NCBI GenBank assembly: GCA_022562795.1
Contig: JADFOP010000014.1
Coordinates: forward strand, 1 to 47,424
DNA from: Nitrospinota bacterium
GTDB lineage: Bacteria > JADFOP01
Direction: 5' to 3'
DNA: 47,424 nt
The notes below the pieces were generated by a model. That model searched no databases. It saw only the letters and a program-made list of their open reading frames with translations, and was not told where the DNA came from. The translations under genes and the position numbers were made by a program. Below, piece after piece: positions 19,429 to 29,228 of this stretch (position 1 is the stretch's first letter; every line of letters starts with the position of its first letter).

Positions 19429-21264
19429 ATGTTTCGGGTGGCTCATAGGGCAGCCGGTTTCATGAGGGTCCTATACATCGGCCTAGCCCTCGGCGTCATG
19501 CTCCTCGTGGGCGGAGTGTTTGGAGCGTACGTAGTCGAGAGCCAGGAGTTGCCACAAGAGCGGAGGAAGTTATCCATCGGCGGAGCTTTAGTGGACGCCT
19601 TGGCGGACTTTCAACGCATTGGCGGCGAGGTGGACGAGGTCACCCCCGAAGAACTAGGCGAAAAGGGTCCGAAGACCGTCGGCCAGTTGAACGGACGCTC
19701 CATCTTCGCCGTCCCCTCGGGTGAGCCGGGCAAGATTGTCGGCATCGTGTCAGCCGACGGGGGGGCCATCAAGGCTAGTATTACCCGCAAAGGCTTCCTT
19801 CAGCTCCAGCCGGCATCGGCTGGGTTCCGTACAAGGAACATCGAGCTCTTCAAGGCGCTCTACCCCGACAAGGAGGCTCCCGCCTACACTCAAGAGATCC
19901 TCCTTGAATATATTGACGACAGTGGGGCGCGCCTGATGCTGGGTGGCGCAGAGGCCGATAAGACCACCGCCTTTCTATTCAAGAAGGACCCCGAAACAGG
20001 AGAGATTATCTTCAAGATGAGGCGCGACATCCTAAAAGAGAAGAGCACCGGGGATTACTTGGCCCCCGACGTTTCATCGACATTTCCTACAACGGTGAAG
20101 ATATGCGACGTGCGGCGGGCCAACTGTGAGACCCGGATCATTATTAAGAAGCCGGGCGACGAAATCCGCCTTGACCCGCTCACTCGACATATGAATATCG
20201 TCTTCAACAAAGACAATCTCTCATATAAACAAAAGTTCCGCTCATCCCAGCGGTTGAGCTGGGCCTGCGAGTATCAGGGCCGTGGGTTCTTCATCACCTA
20301 CCGCGAGGGTTCTCTGGGCGGATTCCGGAAACCCGGCCGCAACGATACCGGGACCCTCTCCTGCATCAATGGAGTGCTTAGGTGCGAGAGGTCCGCACCC
20401 GGCCAGAAGTGCAACTTTGACTTTCGCGATTACCTGGCGAAGCCAGCCGAGGCCGCTCTCTTCGGGCTCGATTGGCTCTTGGCGCGCAAAGACCCCCACA
20501 CCCATTACTTCACCCTCGCCCCCGACCCCTCGATCGAGCGGCACATCCGTATCGGGAATCTGGAAAATCTGGATACCATCCACGAGGTCGCACTCCGGGA
20601 CGGGGTGATCGACCACGCCAGCGATATTGTGGACCCCGCCGATGGTGGGGCAATGGACTCCTGGGTCACCGAACGGCTGCAAAAGGCCCTTTGCGCCAAG
20701 CCTTCGGCGGCCTGCACCGGAACCCCTGAGTTTAAGATTCTGGAGGTCACGTCGGTCAATGACGGGCTATTCTTCATCGACGAGCGAACCGGCACCAAGC
20801 TCAAGAATGTAGAGCGGGCACGGCTATACAGCCTCCGGCAACCTTACGGCTGGGGCAAGCAGGGTGATTTCATCGCCACCCTCATTACAAACAAAAAGGG
20901 AGCCGCAGAGGTGGCGGCCCTCGAGCGGCTGAACGAAGAGCTCGAAGCCCCCCTCTTCGAGGATAAGGTGGAAGATGAGCCCTCCGACCCCGTCAAGGCC
21001 ATGTTGAAAGGACTGGAGGATGAGGCAAAGTGGGAGACCCGCCGGGTGAAGCTGGCCGCGGAGACCCACGCCCTGGTCATATTCCCCACGACCCACGTGG
21101 AAGATATGAAAGGGTACTTTGGTTTTCCGGTGAAACAGCCACCACCCGTGCCGGCTCATATTCTTTCTCTAAATCAGGACGAGCGAGCGTCCGCTGCACG
21201 TCATCAATCTCCTTCAAGGAGCCCCCGAAGGCCCCTACCTCCTGTCCCGCCGCCTAGCTACTAG
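19429..21264 (+). CDS. Hypothetical exported or membrane-anchored protein, 611 aa
   Basis: Strong RBS GGGAGGAGG, N-terminal hydrophobic helix, several paired Cys and a Pro-rich tail. No family recognised. Confidence 0.75.
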   Translation: MFRVAHRAAGFMRVLYIGLALGVMLLVGGVFGAYVVESQELPQERRKLSIGGALVDALADFQRIGGEVDEVTPEELGEKGPKTVGQLNGRSIFAVPSGEPGKIVGIVSADGGAIKASITRKGFLQLQPASAGFRTRNIELFKALYPDKEAPAYTQEILLEYIDDSGARLMLGGAEADKTTAFLFKKDPETGEIIFKMRRDILKEKSTGDYLAPDVSSTFPTTVKICDVRRANCETRIIIKKPGDEIRLDPLTRHMNIVFNKDNLSYKQKFRSSQRLSWACEYQGRGFFITYREGSLGGFRKPGRNDTGTLSCINGVLRCERSAPGQKCNFDFRDYLAKPAEAALFGLDWLLARKDPHTHYFTLAPDPSIERHIRIGNLENLDTIHEVALRDGVIDHASDIVDPADGGAMDSWVTERLQKALCAKPSAACTGTPEFKILEVTSVNDGLFFIDERTGTKLKNVERARLYSLRQPYGWGKQGDFIATLITNKKGAAEVAALERLNEELEAPLFEDKVEDEPSDPVKAMLKGLEDEAKWETRRVKLAAETHALVIFPTTHVEDMKGYFGFPVKQPPPVPAHILSLNQDERASAARHQSPSRSPRRPLPPVPPPSY

Positions 21265-21415
21265 CGTATCCGGGCCGAGCGGCGCCCGTCCCCTCCCCCC
21301 CCAAGGGCCTAAGAGGTGGGTTAATTGTGCGCTTCCCCCTTGCTTTTTTCACCAAGTTAGACATAATGGGGTGTGATTGACCGCTCCCCCATATGTGCCT
21401 AACTCGGGAGAAACA

Positions 21416-22402
21416 ATGGCCGATAGTGCTCAGGGTGAAATGGGCCGTTTAATCGTGGCGGCGCCACGAGGATTTTGCGCCGGCGTGGATCGGGCAATAG
21501 ACATCGTGGACCTGGCCCTCGAGGCCTTCCCTCCGCCCCTATACGTCCGCAGGGAGATTGTCCACAACAAGGCCGTGGTGGATGGGTTTCGGGAGCGGGG
21601 GGTTACTTTTGTCGAGAGCCTCGATGAAGTCCCGTCCGGCAGCTTGGTCATCTTCTCCGCCCACGGGGTCTCCCCCGCAGTCTGGGAGAAGGCCCGGGCG
21701 CGCGATCTCCAAGTCATCGATGCCACCTGCCCCTTGGTCACCAAGGTACATCTGGAGGTCCGCCGCTTCACCTCCAAAGGCTACGACATCGTCCTCATTG
21801 GCCATGACGGCCACGACGAGGTGATTGGCACCATGGGGGAGGCGCCGGACAGGATCCACCTCGTTGGCACCCCCGAGGAGGTCGAACACCTCCAGATACC
21901 CGATCCCGAACGGGTGGCTTACACCACCCAGACTACCCTAAGCGTCGATGAAACCAGGCAGATCATCGAGGCTTTGCGCCACCGGTTTCCCTCCATCATA
22001 GGCCCAAAGAAGGACGACATCTGTTACGCCACCCAAAATCGCCAGGACGCGGTTAAGGCCTTGCTTAAAGAGGGGATTGAACTCTTGATCGTGGTCGGCT
22101 CCGACAACAGCTCCAACTCCCTGCGGCTCTGCGAAGCGGCTGAGGCACAAGGAGTCGAAGCTCACCTGATCGACAGCCCCGAGGAAGTTGAGGCCGCCTG
22201 GCTGGAGGGCCGCCGAACGGTGGGGCTCACCGCTGGGGCGAGCGCACCTGAGTTCCTGGTCGAAGGCGTAGCCGATCTCATCAGGGGATTGGGCTACGTG
22301 ACGGAAGAGCACGTAGTGGTCCAGGAGGATGTCCGCTTCTCCCTCCCGCCGGGCCTGAGTGAGGCGGCCCGCGCTCGAGGCACCGCATTACCCACTTCTT
22401 GA
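21416..22402 (+). CDS. ispH: 4-hydroxy-3-methylbut-2-enyl diphosphate reductase
   Basis: PRGFCAGVDRAI, IVHN, SAHGV, DATCPLVTKVH, DICYATQNRQ, SSNS, TAGASAPE. Confidence 0.95.
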   Translation: MADSAQGEMGRLIVAAPRGFCAGVDRAIDIVDLALEAFPPPLYVRREIVHNKAVVDGFRERGVTFVESLDEVPSGSLVIFSAHGVSPAVWEKARARDLQVIDATCPLVTKVHLEVRRFTSKGYDIVLIGHDGHDEVIGTMGEAPDRIHLVGTPEEVEHLQIPDPERVAYTTQTTLSVDETRQIIEALRHRFPSIIGPKKDDICYATQNRQDAVKALLKEGIELLIVVGSDNSSNSLRLCEAAEAQGVEAHLIDSPEEVEAAWLEGRRTVGLTAGASAPEFLVEGVADLIRGLGYVTEEHVVVQEDVRFSLPPGLSEAARARGTALPTS

Positions 22403-22530
22403 ACATCGACGCCGCCTGCCGTATCATTGCCTGGTGAATCCCAACTCACCACGGAGCCCTGTCACACAACCAAGTGCGAAGAAGAAGTCTACGGTAAGGC
22501 CCGTCCTCAGGCCTGCGGAGGGGTTGCTTC

Positions 22531-23169
22531 TTGAGGGGCCGTAAGAATCTAGGCGTTCGGCTCGCCTTCGCTATAACCATCGCGGCCGTGACCTTCGGCG
22601 GCGGTCTCGGGCTGAAGGGACTCTTTGGACCCCGACCCGTTGTCATCCTGGGGGACAATCCAATCTTGGGAGAGGTCACAGCACCAATCACGATCTACGA
22701 GTTCAGCGACTATGGCTGACCCCACTGCCGAGAGGTGCAGGGTCCGCTGCATCAGCTATTGACTAAGTACTCGGGCCGGGTGAAGCTTGTCTACATCAAT
22801 GCGCCACTCTCGCCCCGCTCCACACGGGCGTCGGAGATTGCCGAATGTGCCTACCTGCAGGGTAAGTTCTGGGAGTACAACGACCTCGTGTTTGAAAACC
22901 AACCCGTCTGGGGGCCGGCCGAGGACTGGCGGGAGCGGCTGTTCTCCTACGGCAAGGAGGTCGGCCTCGACATGGCCGCCCTTGGAGATTGCCTAGAGAA
23001 GGGTATCGCCCGGCGAGCGCTAACGGCTGATATCCGCGAAATGGAGGACCAGGCGATCATGTTCACCCCCACAATCATCATGGACGACGGGCGGCGTTTC
23101 GTAGGCTCCGACCTGGAGGAGCTTCAATCGGCCCTGGAAGGGGCCCTGAGCCTGAGGAGCGGCCGGTAG
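22531..23169 (+). CDS. DsbA-like thioredoxin-fold selenoprotein (UxxC)
   Basis: The track ORFs 22531-22719 and 22735-23169 are in frame across TGA 22717-22719, giving APITIYEFSDYG-U-PHC. Also AECAYLQGKFWEY and the cis-Pro loop FTPT. SECIS-like hairpin downstream. Confidence 0.85.
22734..22753 (+). promoter_or_regulatory. SECIS-like hairpin of the dsbA gene
   Basis: GGTGCAG-GGTCCG-CTGCATC. The G-initiated loop begins 22 nt after UGA. Confidence 0.6.
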
Positions 23170-23648
23170 TGGCTGCCACGAAGAGCGGGGCGTGGAGCTC
23201 CCCGGGCACAGTGGCGGCAGCCCGGCTCCTGGTGGGGGGGGTATTTCTTGTCGCAGGGGTCGGAAAGCTATTGGAGCCTGCAGGGGCGTTTGCCCAGATC
23301 TTGGGGGCTTACCGTCTCGTGCCCGCCGAGGCTGTCCCGCTCATCGCGACATGGCTCCCGTGGGGGGAACTCGTCCTAGGCATCTACCTGATTGTGGGTT
23401 TCGAGACCCGTTGGGCCGGCGCTGCTGCGGCCGTCTGCTTCGCGGTTTTCTCCGCCGCCATCGCCACAAACTTGATTCTCGGCGCACCCCTGGAAGATTG
23501 CGGCTGCTTCGGTACCCTGCTCAAACGTGAGGGGGCCACCATCACGCTAGTCGGCGACCTCGTTCTCGGGGGCGTGAGCCTCTGGCTGGTGCGCCACCCG
23601 GTGAGCCGGACAAGCCTAGACGGATGGCTGGAGGCCAGGGGCTGGTAG
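23169..23648 (+). CDS. MauE/DoxX family membrane protein
   Basis: ARLLVGGVFLVAGVGKL, LPWGELVLG and the DCGCFG motif. Overlaps the dsbA stop. Confidence 0.88.
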   Translation: MAATKSGAWSSPGTVAAARLLVGGVFLVAGVGKLLEPAGAFAQILGAYRLVPAEAVPLIATWLPWGELVLGIYLIVGFETRWAGAAAAVCFAVFSAAIATNLILGAPLEDCGCFGTLLKREGATITLVGDLVLGGVSLWLVRHPVSRTSLDGWLEARGW

Positions 23649-23797
23649 GCCATTCCCGCCTACGGCAGGCCCCCCGGGTGGTTCGAGGTCGTATCTGTCT
23701 CCCCGGGTGTTAAGAGCACTATGAACATACCATAACCGGTCCCGGTTGCCGTGGCACAAGGCCACAGTGGGCCGAACGCAAAAGGAGGGAAACGGCG

Positions 23798-24292
23798 ATG
23801 TTCAGCAAGAAAATGCAGGATGCAATGAACGACCACCTCAATGCAGAGCTCTACGCCGCCTACCTGTACCTCTCGATGGAGGCTTACTTCTGTTCGATCC
23901 ACCTCTCAGGCTTTTCAAACTGGATGCGCCTACAGTCGAGGGAAGAGATGAGCCACGCGATGCGGTTCTTTGAGTTCATCTACGATCGGGGCGGGCGCGT
24001 GGTGCTCCAGGCCATTGACGAGCCGCCCGTTGACTTCAAGTCGCCCCTCGATGCGTTCGAACAGACCCTCGAAAACGAGCGCGCCGTTACGGCAGAGATA
24101 AACAAACTCTACACGCATGCCGTTAAGGAAAAAGACTACGCCAGCGAGGTTTTTCTGCAGTGGTTCGTGACGGAGCAGGTCGAGGAAGAGAAATCCGCCG
24201 GGGAAGTCGTCGAGGCGCTCAAGATGATCGGCGACGCGGGCCCTGCCCTGCTCATGTTCGACAGGGAGCTGGGCAAGCGGGAGGCTGAATAG
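23798..24292 (+). CDS. ftnA: Ferritin (non-heme)
   Basis: ELYAAYLYLSM, QSREEMSHA, FLQWFVTEQVEEE. RBS AGGAGG. Confidence 0.92.
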   Translation: MFSKKMQDAMNDHLNAELYAAYLYLSMEAYFCSIHLSGFSNWMRLQSREEMSHAMRFFEFIYDRGGRVVLQAIDEPPVDFKSPLDAFEQTLENERAVTAEINKLYTHAVKEKDYASEVFLQWFVTEQVEEEKSAGEVVEALKMIGDAGPALLMFDRELGKREAE

Positions 24293-24394
24293 CCGAGATC
24301 GAGGGGGTCGTGGCTTGGCCCACAACCGCCAGCTTAGTCATCCGTAACCACTGCCGCGACATTTGGTCTGGGTCTCCTAACTGCCCGAAACGCC

Positions 24395-24428
24395 TTGACA
24401 AGTCTTCATGGGCCCGATAGACTTGTCA
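24395..24428 (+). promoter_or_regulatory. Sigma70 promoter overlapped by a perfect 10-bp inverted repeat
   Basis: TTGACA-17-TAGACT. TGACAAGTCT-N13-AGACTTGTCA. Confidence 0.6.
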
Positions 24429-24531
24429 CGTTGTGGCTCGGTGTATAGTCCGGGCCACACGGATTTGACACCCCACTTGCTCCCACACCAATCCAGCCTC
24501 TCATAAGGAGAGGCCCATAAAGCAGGGATTC

Positions 24532-25506
24532 ATGGATTTCGAGAGCATTCTCGCACGGTTCCAAAGCGACTTGGCCCGGGTGGATGAGGCAATGCGGGAG
24601 CACATCGCCTCCGACGTCCAGCTCATCCCTACAGTTGGGCGTTACCTTTTTTCAGGCGGAGGCAAGCGCATCCGCCCTTTGTTGCTCCTGACCTCGGCCA
24701 AACTGTGCGGCTATGAGGGGCCACGGGCCATTACTCAAGGCTGTGTGGTGGAGCTCATCCACACTGCTACCCTGCTCCACGACGACGTGGTGGACGATGC
24801 CAAACAGCGTCGTGGAGCGCCGACGGCCAACGCCACTTGGGGCAATCATGGATCGGTCTTGGTCGGCGACTTCCTCTTCGCTACGAGCATTTCCCTCATG
24901 GCCCAAGACGGCGACTTTCGCATCGTTCAGACCATGGCGGGCGCCATCAAGCAGCTCGCCGAGGGCGAAGTTCTCCAGTTGCTCTCCACCGGGAAGCTTT
25001 CCGAGGACGAGGACGAGTACTTGAATGTGGTGTCACGCAAGACGGCGGGGCTCATCTCGGCCGCCTGTCGCACGGGGGCCCTCCTGGGCGATGCGCCTCC
25101 CGATAGGCAAGAGGCTTTGAGCCTCTTCGGCCGGGAGATTGGGATCGCCTTTCAACTGGTGGACGACGCCCTCGACTACAACGCCGAAGAGGCCCGTTTC
25201 GGAAAGACCGTTGGAAAAGACCTCATGGAAGGCCACGGGACCTTGCCGCTCATCTACCTATATCGAAACGCAACGGCGGCCGAGAGGCAAACCATCGCGG
25301 GGATCCTGGCTGCCGAAGAGGTAACCCGGCGGCAGGTCGACCAGGTGATCGGGATGATGAAGGATTACAAAGCCATCGACTACACGCTCCAAACCGCCTC
25401 TCGGTACGTGGCTCAGGCCAAGCAGCGTCTGGCGGTCTTCGGGGCATCCCCAGACCTAGAAGTTTTGACCACTATAGCCGACTACATTGTGGCGCGCGAC
25501 CGATGA
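24532..25506 (+). CDS. Polyprenyl diphosphate synthase (IspB/HepT-like)
   Basis: GGKRIRP, HTATLLHDDVVD..QRRG, KTA, AFQLVDDALD, GKDLMEG. Confidence 0.92.
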   Translation: MDFESILARFQSDLARVDEAMREHIASDVQLIPTVGRYLFSGGGKRIRPLLLLTSAKLCGYEGPRAITQGCVVELIHTATLLHDDVVDDAKQRRGAPTANATWGNHGSVLVGDFLFATSISLMAQDGDFRIVQTMAGAIKQLAEGEVLQLLSTGKLSEDEDEYLNVVSRKTAGLISAACRTGALLGDAPPDRQEALSLFGREIGIAFQLVDDALDYNAEEARFGKTVGKDLMEGHGTLPLIYLYRNATAAERQTIAGILAAEEVTRRQVDQVIGMMKDYKAIDYTLQTASRYVAQAKQRLAVFGASPDLEVLTTIADYIVARDR

Positions 25507-25521
25507 CGCCCGCCGGAACCG

Positions 25522-26040
25522 ATGACTATTCCGAATCATCCGATCGCCCTCCTGGCGTGGGAGGCCATCCGGACCTATATTAATCGGGGCGAAATGATGC
25601 GGCTTCCCGCCGATGTACCCCCGGAGCTGATGCGCCCGGGGGGCGTCTTTGTGTCCATAAAAAAGGATGGTAAGCTCCGCGGATGCATCGGCACAATCGA
25701 GGCCGACCAGCCCACTCGCGCCGAGGAGGCCATCCGCAACGCAATTCACGCCGCCACCATGGACCCCCGGTTCGCGCCAGTGGAGGCATCGGAGCTGGAG
25801 GCCCTGGACGTGTCGGTAGATCTTCTGAGGCCCCCTGAGCCTGTGGCCGACCTCGACTCCATCGACCCTCGGCGCTTCGGCGTCATCGTCTCCTCAGCCG
25901 AGCGGCGTTCTGTCGTGTTGCCCAACGTCGATGGTGTGGAGACCGCTGAAGGGCAGCTGGCCCTCGCCCGCCAAAAGTTGGGCATAGGACCCGACGAGCC
26001 GGTGACCCTGGAACGCTTCGAGACGGATCGCTTTCGCTAG
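25522..26040 (+). CDS. amrA: AmmeMemoRadiSam system protein A (AMMECR1 domain)
   Basis: GVFVSIKKDGKLRGCIGT, AATMDPRF.PV...EL, SVDLL. Confidence 0.88.
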   Translation: MTIPNHPIALLAWEAIRTYINRGEMMRLPADVPPELMRPGGVFVSIKKDGKLRGCIGTIEADQPTRAEEAIRNAIHAATMDPRFAPVEASELEALDVSVDLLRPPEPVADLDSIDPRRFGVIVSSAERRSVVLPNVDGVETAEGQLALARQKLGIGPDEPVTLERFETDRFR

Positions 26041-26051
26041 GGCTAGATTTT

Positions 26052-26315
26052 ATGCGAGGAAAAGGGTTTTTCGTCTTTCTCATCCTGGCGGTAATAGGAG
26101 GGATCCTCGGCGGCCTTGGCGCCATTGCACTAAACCTTACCCTCTCGGGGACCCGCGTCGTGAAATACTTGACCACGCCCTTCTCTTTTGGCATGGACCC
26201 ACCGTGGCAGCTGTCGCTCAACGTCCTCCACCTCACTTTCGGCCTCAAGCTCAAACTCAGCCCTATTGTCATTCTTGGGGGGGCGATAGGCGGACTCTTC
26301 TACCGCAAGTTCTAG
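26052..26315 (+). CDS. Small membrane protein (DUF4321-like)
   Basis: TM helix, LSLNVLHLTFGLKLKLS beta segment and a C-terminal TM ending YRKF. Precedes maf. Confidence 0.65.
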   Translation: MRGKGFFVFLILAVIGGILGGLGAIALNLTLSGTRVVKYLTTPFSFGMDPPWQLSLNVLHLTFGLKLKLSPIVILGGAIGGLFYRKF

Positions 26316-26320
26316 GCACC

Positions 26321-26938
26321 ATGAAAGCCGGGGCACCTAAGCTCATCCTCGCCTCCAACTCCCCCAGGCGTAGGGCCATACTGGGGCGGCTCGGCCTGCC
26401 TTTTGAGGTCGTGCCGGCTGGCTTGTCCGAGCAAGACGAGACCGCTGCCCCAGAGGGCCGGCCCGCTGAAGTGGCCGAGTTCTTGGCCCTTGCCAAGGCC
26501 GATATCGTGGCCGCCGTCCACCCTGAGGCGCTGGTGTTAGGGGCCGATACCCTCGTCTTCGTGGGGCGGCGGCGCTTCGGAAAGCCGGCCGACGTCAGCG
26601 AGGCTCGCTCGATGCTGGAGGTCCTCTCCGGACGCACCCACACGGTGGTCACCGGTGTGGCGCTCATCGGGCTCGATCGGGGCCTTAGAGCCTCCGCCCA
26701 CGAAACTACAGCCGTGACCTTCCGCCGCCTCTCCGCCCGCGAGATGGACTCGTACGCGACCAGCGGCGAGCCCGCCGACAAGGCCGGGGCCTACGCCGTT
26801 CAGGGAAAGGCAAGCCTTTTTGTGGAGCGGGTCGAAGGCAACTACGACAATGTGGTAGGCTTACCCCTGAAAACGGTGGCCTTCCTGTTGGGGGCCGCAG
26901 GCGTTGAGTTATGGCCAGGGACCGAGGAGGAGGGCTGA
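26321..26938 (+). CDS. maf: Maf-family nucleoside triphosphate pyrophosphatase
   Basis: LILASNSPRRRAIL, LGADT, GKP, LSGRTHTVVTG, DKAGAYAVQG, NVVGLP. Confidence 0.93.
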   Translation: MKAGAPKLILASNSPRRRAILGRLGLPFEVVPAGLSEQDETAAPEGRPAEVAEFLALAKADIVAAVHPEALVLGADTLVFVGRRRFGKPADVSEARSMLEVLSGRTHTVVTGVALIGLDRGLRASAHETTAVTFRRLSAREMDSYATSGEPADKAGAYAVQGKASLFVERVEGNYDNVVGLPLKTVAFLLGAAGVELWPGTEEEG

Positions 26939-28827
26939 TGCGGAGCATTCCAGCCCGGATTGCCCAAAGCGTCGAGCGCTTTCGTGGCCGGCCGGCGCTC
27001 AAAGTCCGCCGGGACGGTGGCCCCTTCATGCCCATCACCTACGGAGAGCTCTGGAAAGAGGTCCTTGAAATAGCTACGGGGCTTCTCGCCCTCGGGGTCG
27101 GGCCGGGCGACCACGTGGCCCTCATTGCAGACAACCGCCCCGAGTGGATTGCGACCAACCTTGCCATCCTCACCATAGGCGCGGCCGATGTCCCCCGCGG
27201 AGGCGATACCACCGTTGATGAGCTTGCCTACATCCTGCCCCATTCCGACTCCGTGGCCGTCTTCTTCGAAGACAAGGTCCAGTGGGCTAAATGGGAGGAG
27301 GTCCGCCAGCAGGTCCCGGCGGTGCGGAAGACCATCGTCATCGATCCCGTTGGATTGCCACGGGGGGACTTCATCTCCTACGTCGAGCTTAGAGCCAAGG
27401 GAGCCGCCCGCAGGGCCGAGGGGAACCGGCAGGCCGAAGAGCACATGAGCCGTGTCGCCCCCGAAGACCTTGCAACAATCATCTACACCTCCGGCACGAC
27501 GGGGACCCCCAAGGGGGTCATGCTAACCCACGCCAACATGCTCCACAACATCCGGGTGGTCGCGCCAGCCTTTCTCCTCACCGAGCACGACCGGTATTTA
27601 TCGATTCTGCCCTCCTGGCACAGCTTCGAGCGGATTATCGAATACCTCCTGCTGAGCGTAGGGGCCTCTATTGCCTACAGCCGCCCCGCACGCCCGGTGT
27701 TGCTCGAAGACATCGCCGAAGAAAAGCCGACCTTCCTCGTGGCTGTGCCACGTATCTGGGAGGCTATCTACCAGGGTATTATGACGGAGCTTCGTCGGGC
27801 CCCCATTGGCCAACGCTTGCTGGCCCAAGTGCTCTTGAGCTTTGCTGAGGCCCACGCCAGGGCTCGAAACCGCTTGACCGGCAGAGAGCCCATATTCCGC
27901 CTTGAGGAGGGCGTATGGGCCAGGGCCGCCCTCAAGCCGCGGGTGGTGAAGCTGCTCACGGCTGGGTTTGTCGCCCTGGCCGAGCGAACCCTCCTCCCAA
28001 CTCTTGGGGCCGTCGTGGGCAAGCATCTTCGAGCCGCGGCGAGCGGTGGAGCTCACCTGCCGCCGCAGGTGGATGAGTTCTTCGACACGATCGGCATAAC
28101 GATTCTCGAGGGCTACGGCCTGACCGAGACCTCCCCCGTGGCCTGCTCGCGCTCATTTGAGCGGGCCGTCATGCACACCGTCGGCCGGCCTTTACCCGAG
28201 GTTGAGGTTAAAATCGTCGATCCAGACACTGGCGAGCGCCTCCCGCCGGGCGAGCGCGGCGTAGTCCACATCCGAGGGCCAAATATCATGATTGGATACT
28301 ACAAGGACCCGGAGGCCACGAGACTGGCGGTGGATGCCGAGGGCTGGCTGGACTCGGGAGATTTAGGGCGGCTCACTGTGGGCGGCGACCTCCAGATTGT
28401 CGGCCGGGCCAAGGACACCATCGTGCTCTCCAGCGGTGAGAACGTCGAGCCCGACCCCATCGAGGCCAAGCTCAAGGAGAGTCCCTCCATCGACCAGGTC
28501 TGTGTCGTGGGCCAAGATCACAAGCTCGTTGGGGCCCTCATAGTGCCCAACGCCGAGGCGGTCGCTCGCGACATAAAGCTCCCTGATGCCGACCTTAAGG
28601 CGGTGGCAGCCCATCCCAAGGCCCACCGCCTCATCATGCGCGAGGTCCGGCGCCTCATCAGCAAGGGTAGCGGCTTCAAGCCCCACGAGCAGGTGAAAGT
28701 CATTGCGCTGCTTTCGAGCGAGTTCACTCCCGGTCGGGAGCTAACTCATACCATGAAGCTTCGCCGGAACGTCATCCACGACCTCTACGCCGAGACAATT
28801 GAGAGGCTCTACAGGCGGGAGCAGTGA
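26938..28827 (+). CDS. Long-chain fatty acid-CoA ligase (AMP-binding)
   Basis: YTSGTTGTPKGVMLTH, EGYGLTETSP, GWLDSGDLG, GRAKDTIVLSSGENVEP. ATG overlaps the maf TGA. Confidence 0.92.
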   Translation: MRSIPARIAQSVERFRGRPALKVRRDGGPFMPITYGELWKEVLEIATGLLALGVGPGDHVALIADNRPEWIATNLAILTIGAADVPRGGDTTVDELAYILPHSDSVAVFFEDKVQWAKWEEVRQQVPAVRKTIVIDPVGLPRGDFISYVELRAKGAARRAEGNRQAEEHMSRVAPEDLATIIYTSGTTGTPKGVMLTHANMLHNIRVVAPAFLLTEHDRYLSILPSWHSFERIIEYLLLSVGASIAYSRPARPVLLEDIAEEKPTFLVAVPRIWEAIYQGIMTELRRAPIGQRLLAQVLLSFAEAHARARNRLTGREPIFRLEEGVWARAALKPRVVKLLTAGFVALAERTLLPTLGAVVGKHLRAAASGGAHLPPQVDEFFDTIGITILEGYGLTETSPVACSRSFERAVMHTVGRPLPEVEVKIVDPDTGERLPPGERGVVHIRGPNIMIGYYKDPEATRLAVDAEGWLDSGDLGRLTVGGDLQIVGRAKDTIVLSSGENVEPDPIEAKLKESPSIDQVCVVGQDHKLVGALIVPNAEAVARDIKLPDADLKAVAAHPKAHRLIMREVRRLISKGSGFKPHEQVKVIALLSSEFTPGRELTHTMKLRRNVIHDLYAETIERLYRREQ

Positions 28828-29228
28828 AGGGGCGAGGAGGAAAGTGGAGGATGTTTGAGTTACTTTCAGCAAAATATTATAGGGGTTTCTTTTCCTTCCA
28901 GGAGGTGATAAACTGTTGGGCACCTCACTGACAGGTTTGTCGCATCTTCATCGGCGGCCTTCCCTTGAGGGGTAAAGTGGCTACATCGATTCGCTCGAGG
29001 AGTTGCATACCGTGGAAGAGACGAAACCTTGTGCAACCTGCTTCGTTACAAACATTCTCTTGACTTCCTTCGTCATTTGTTATTACGAATAAGTCCAACT
29101 GTGGCCATCTAAATATTAATGGCCGCTCACGTTTGAGGGGAGATACAAAGCGATAAGCCTGGAGCGGGGACCAGACCTCCTGTGCAAAGGGTAGAGGACA
29201 GTACTCCACCGGCGCCGCGTGCAATTAC

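Noticed and set aside
28941-28970. RIFIGGLP resembling an RRM RNP2 motif
   Set aside because: No start codon after the upstream in-frame stop and no RNP1 motif; likely chance.
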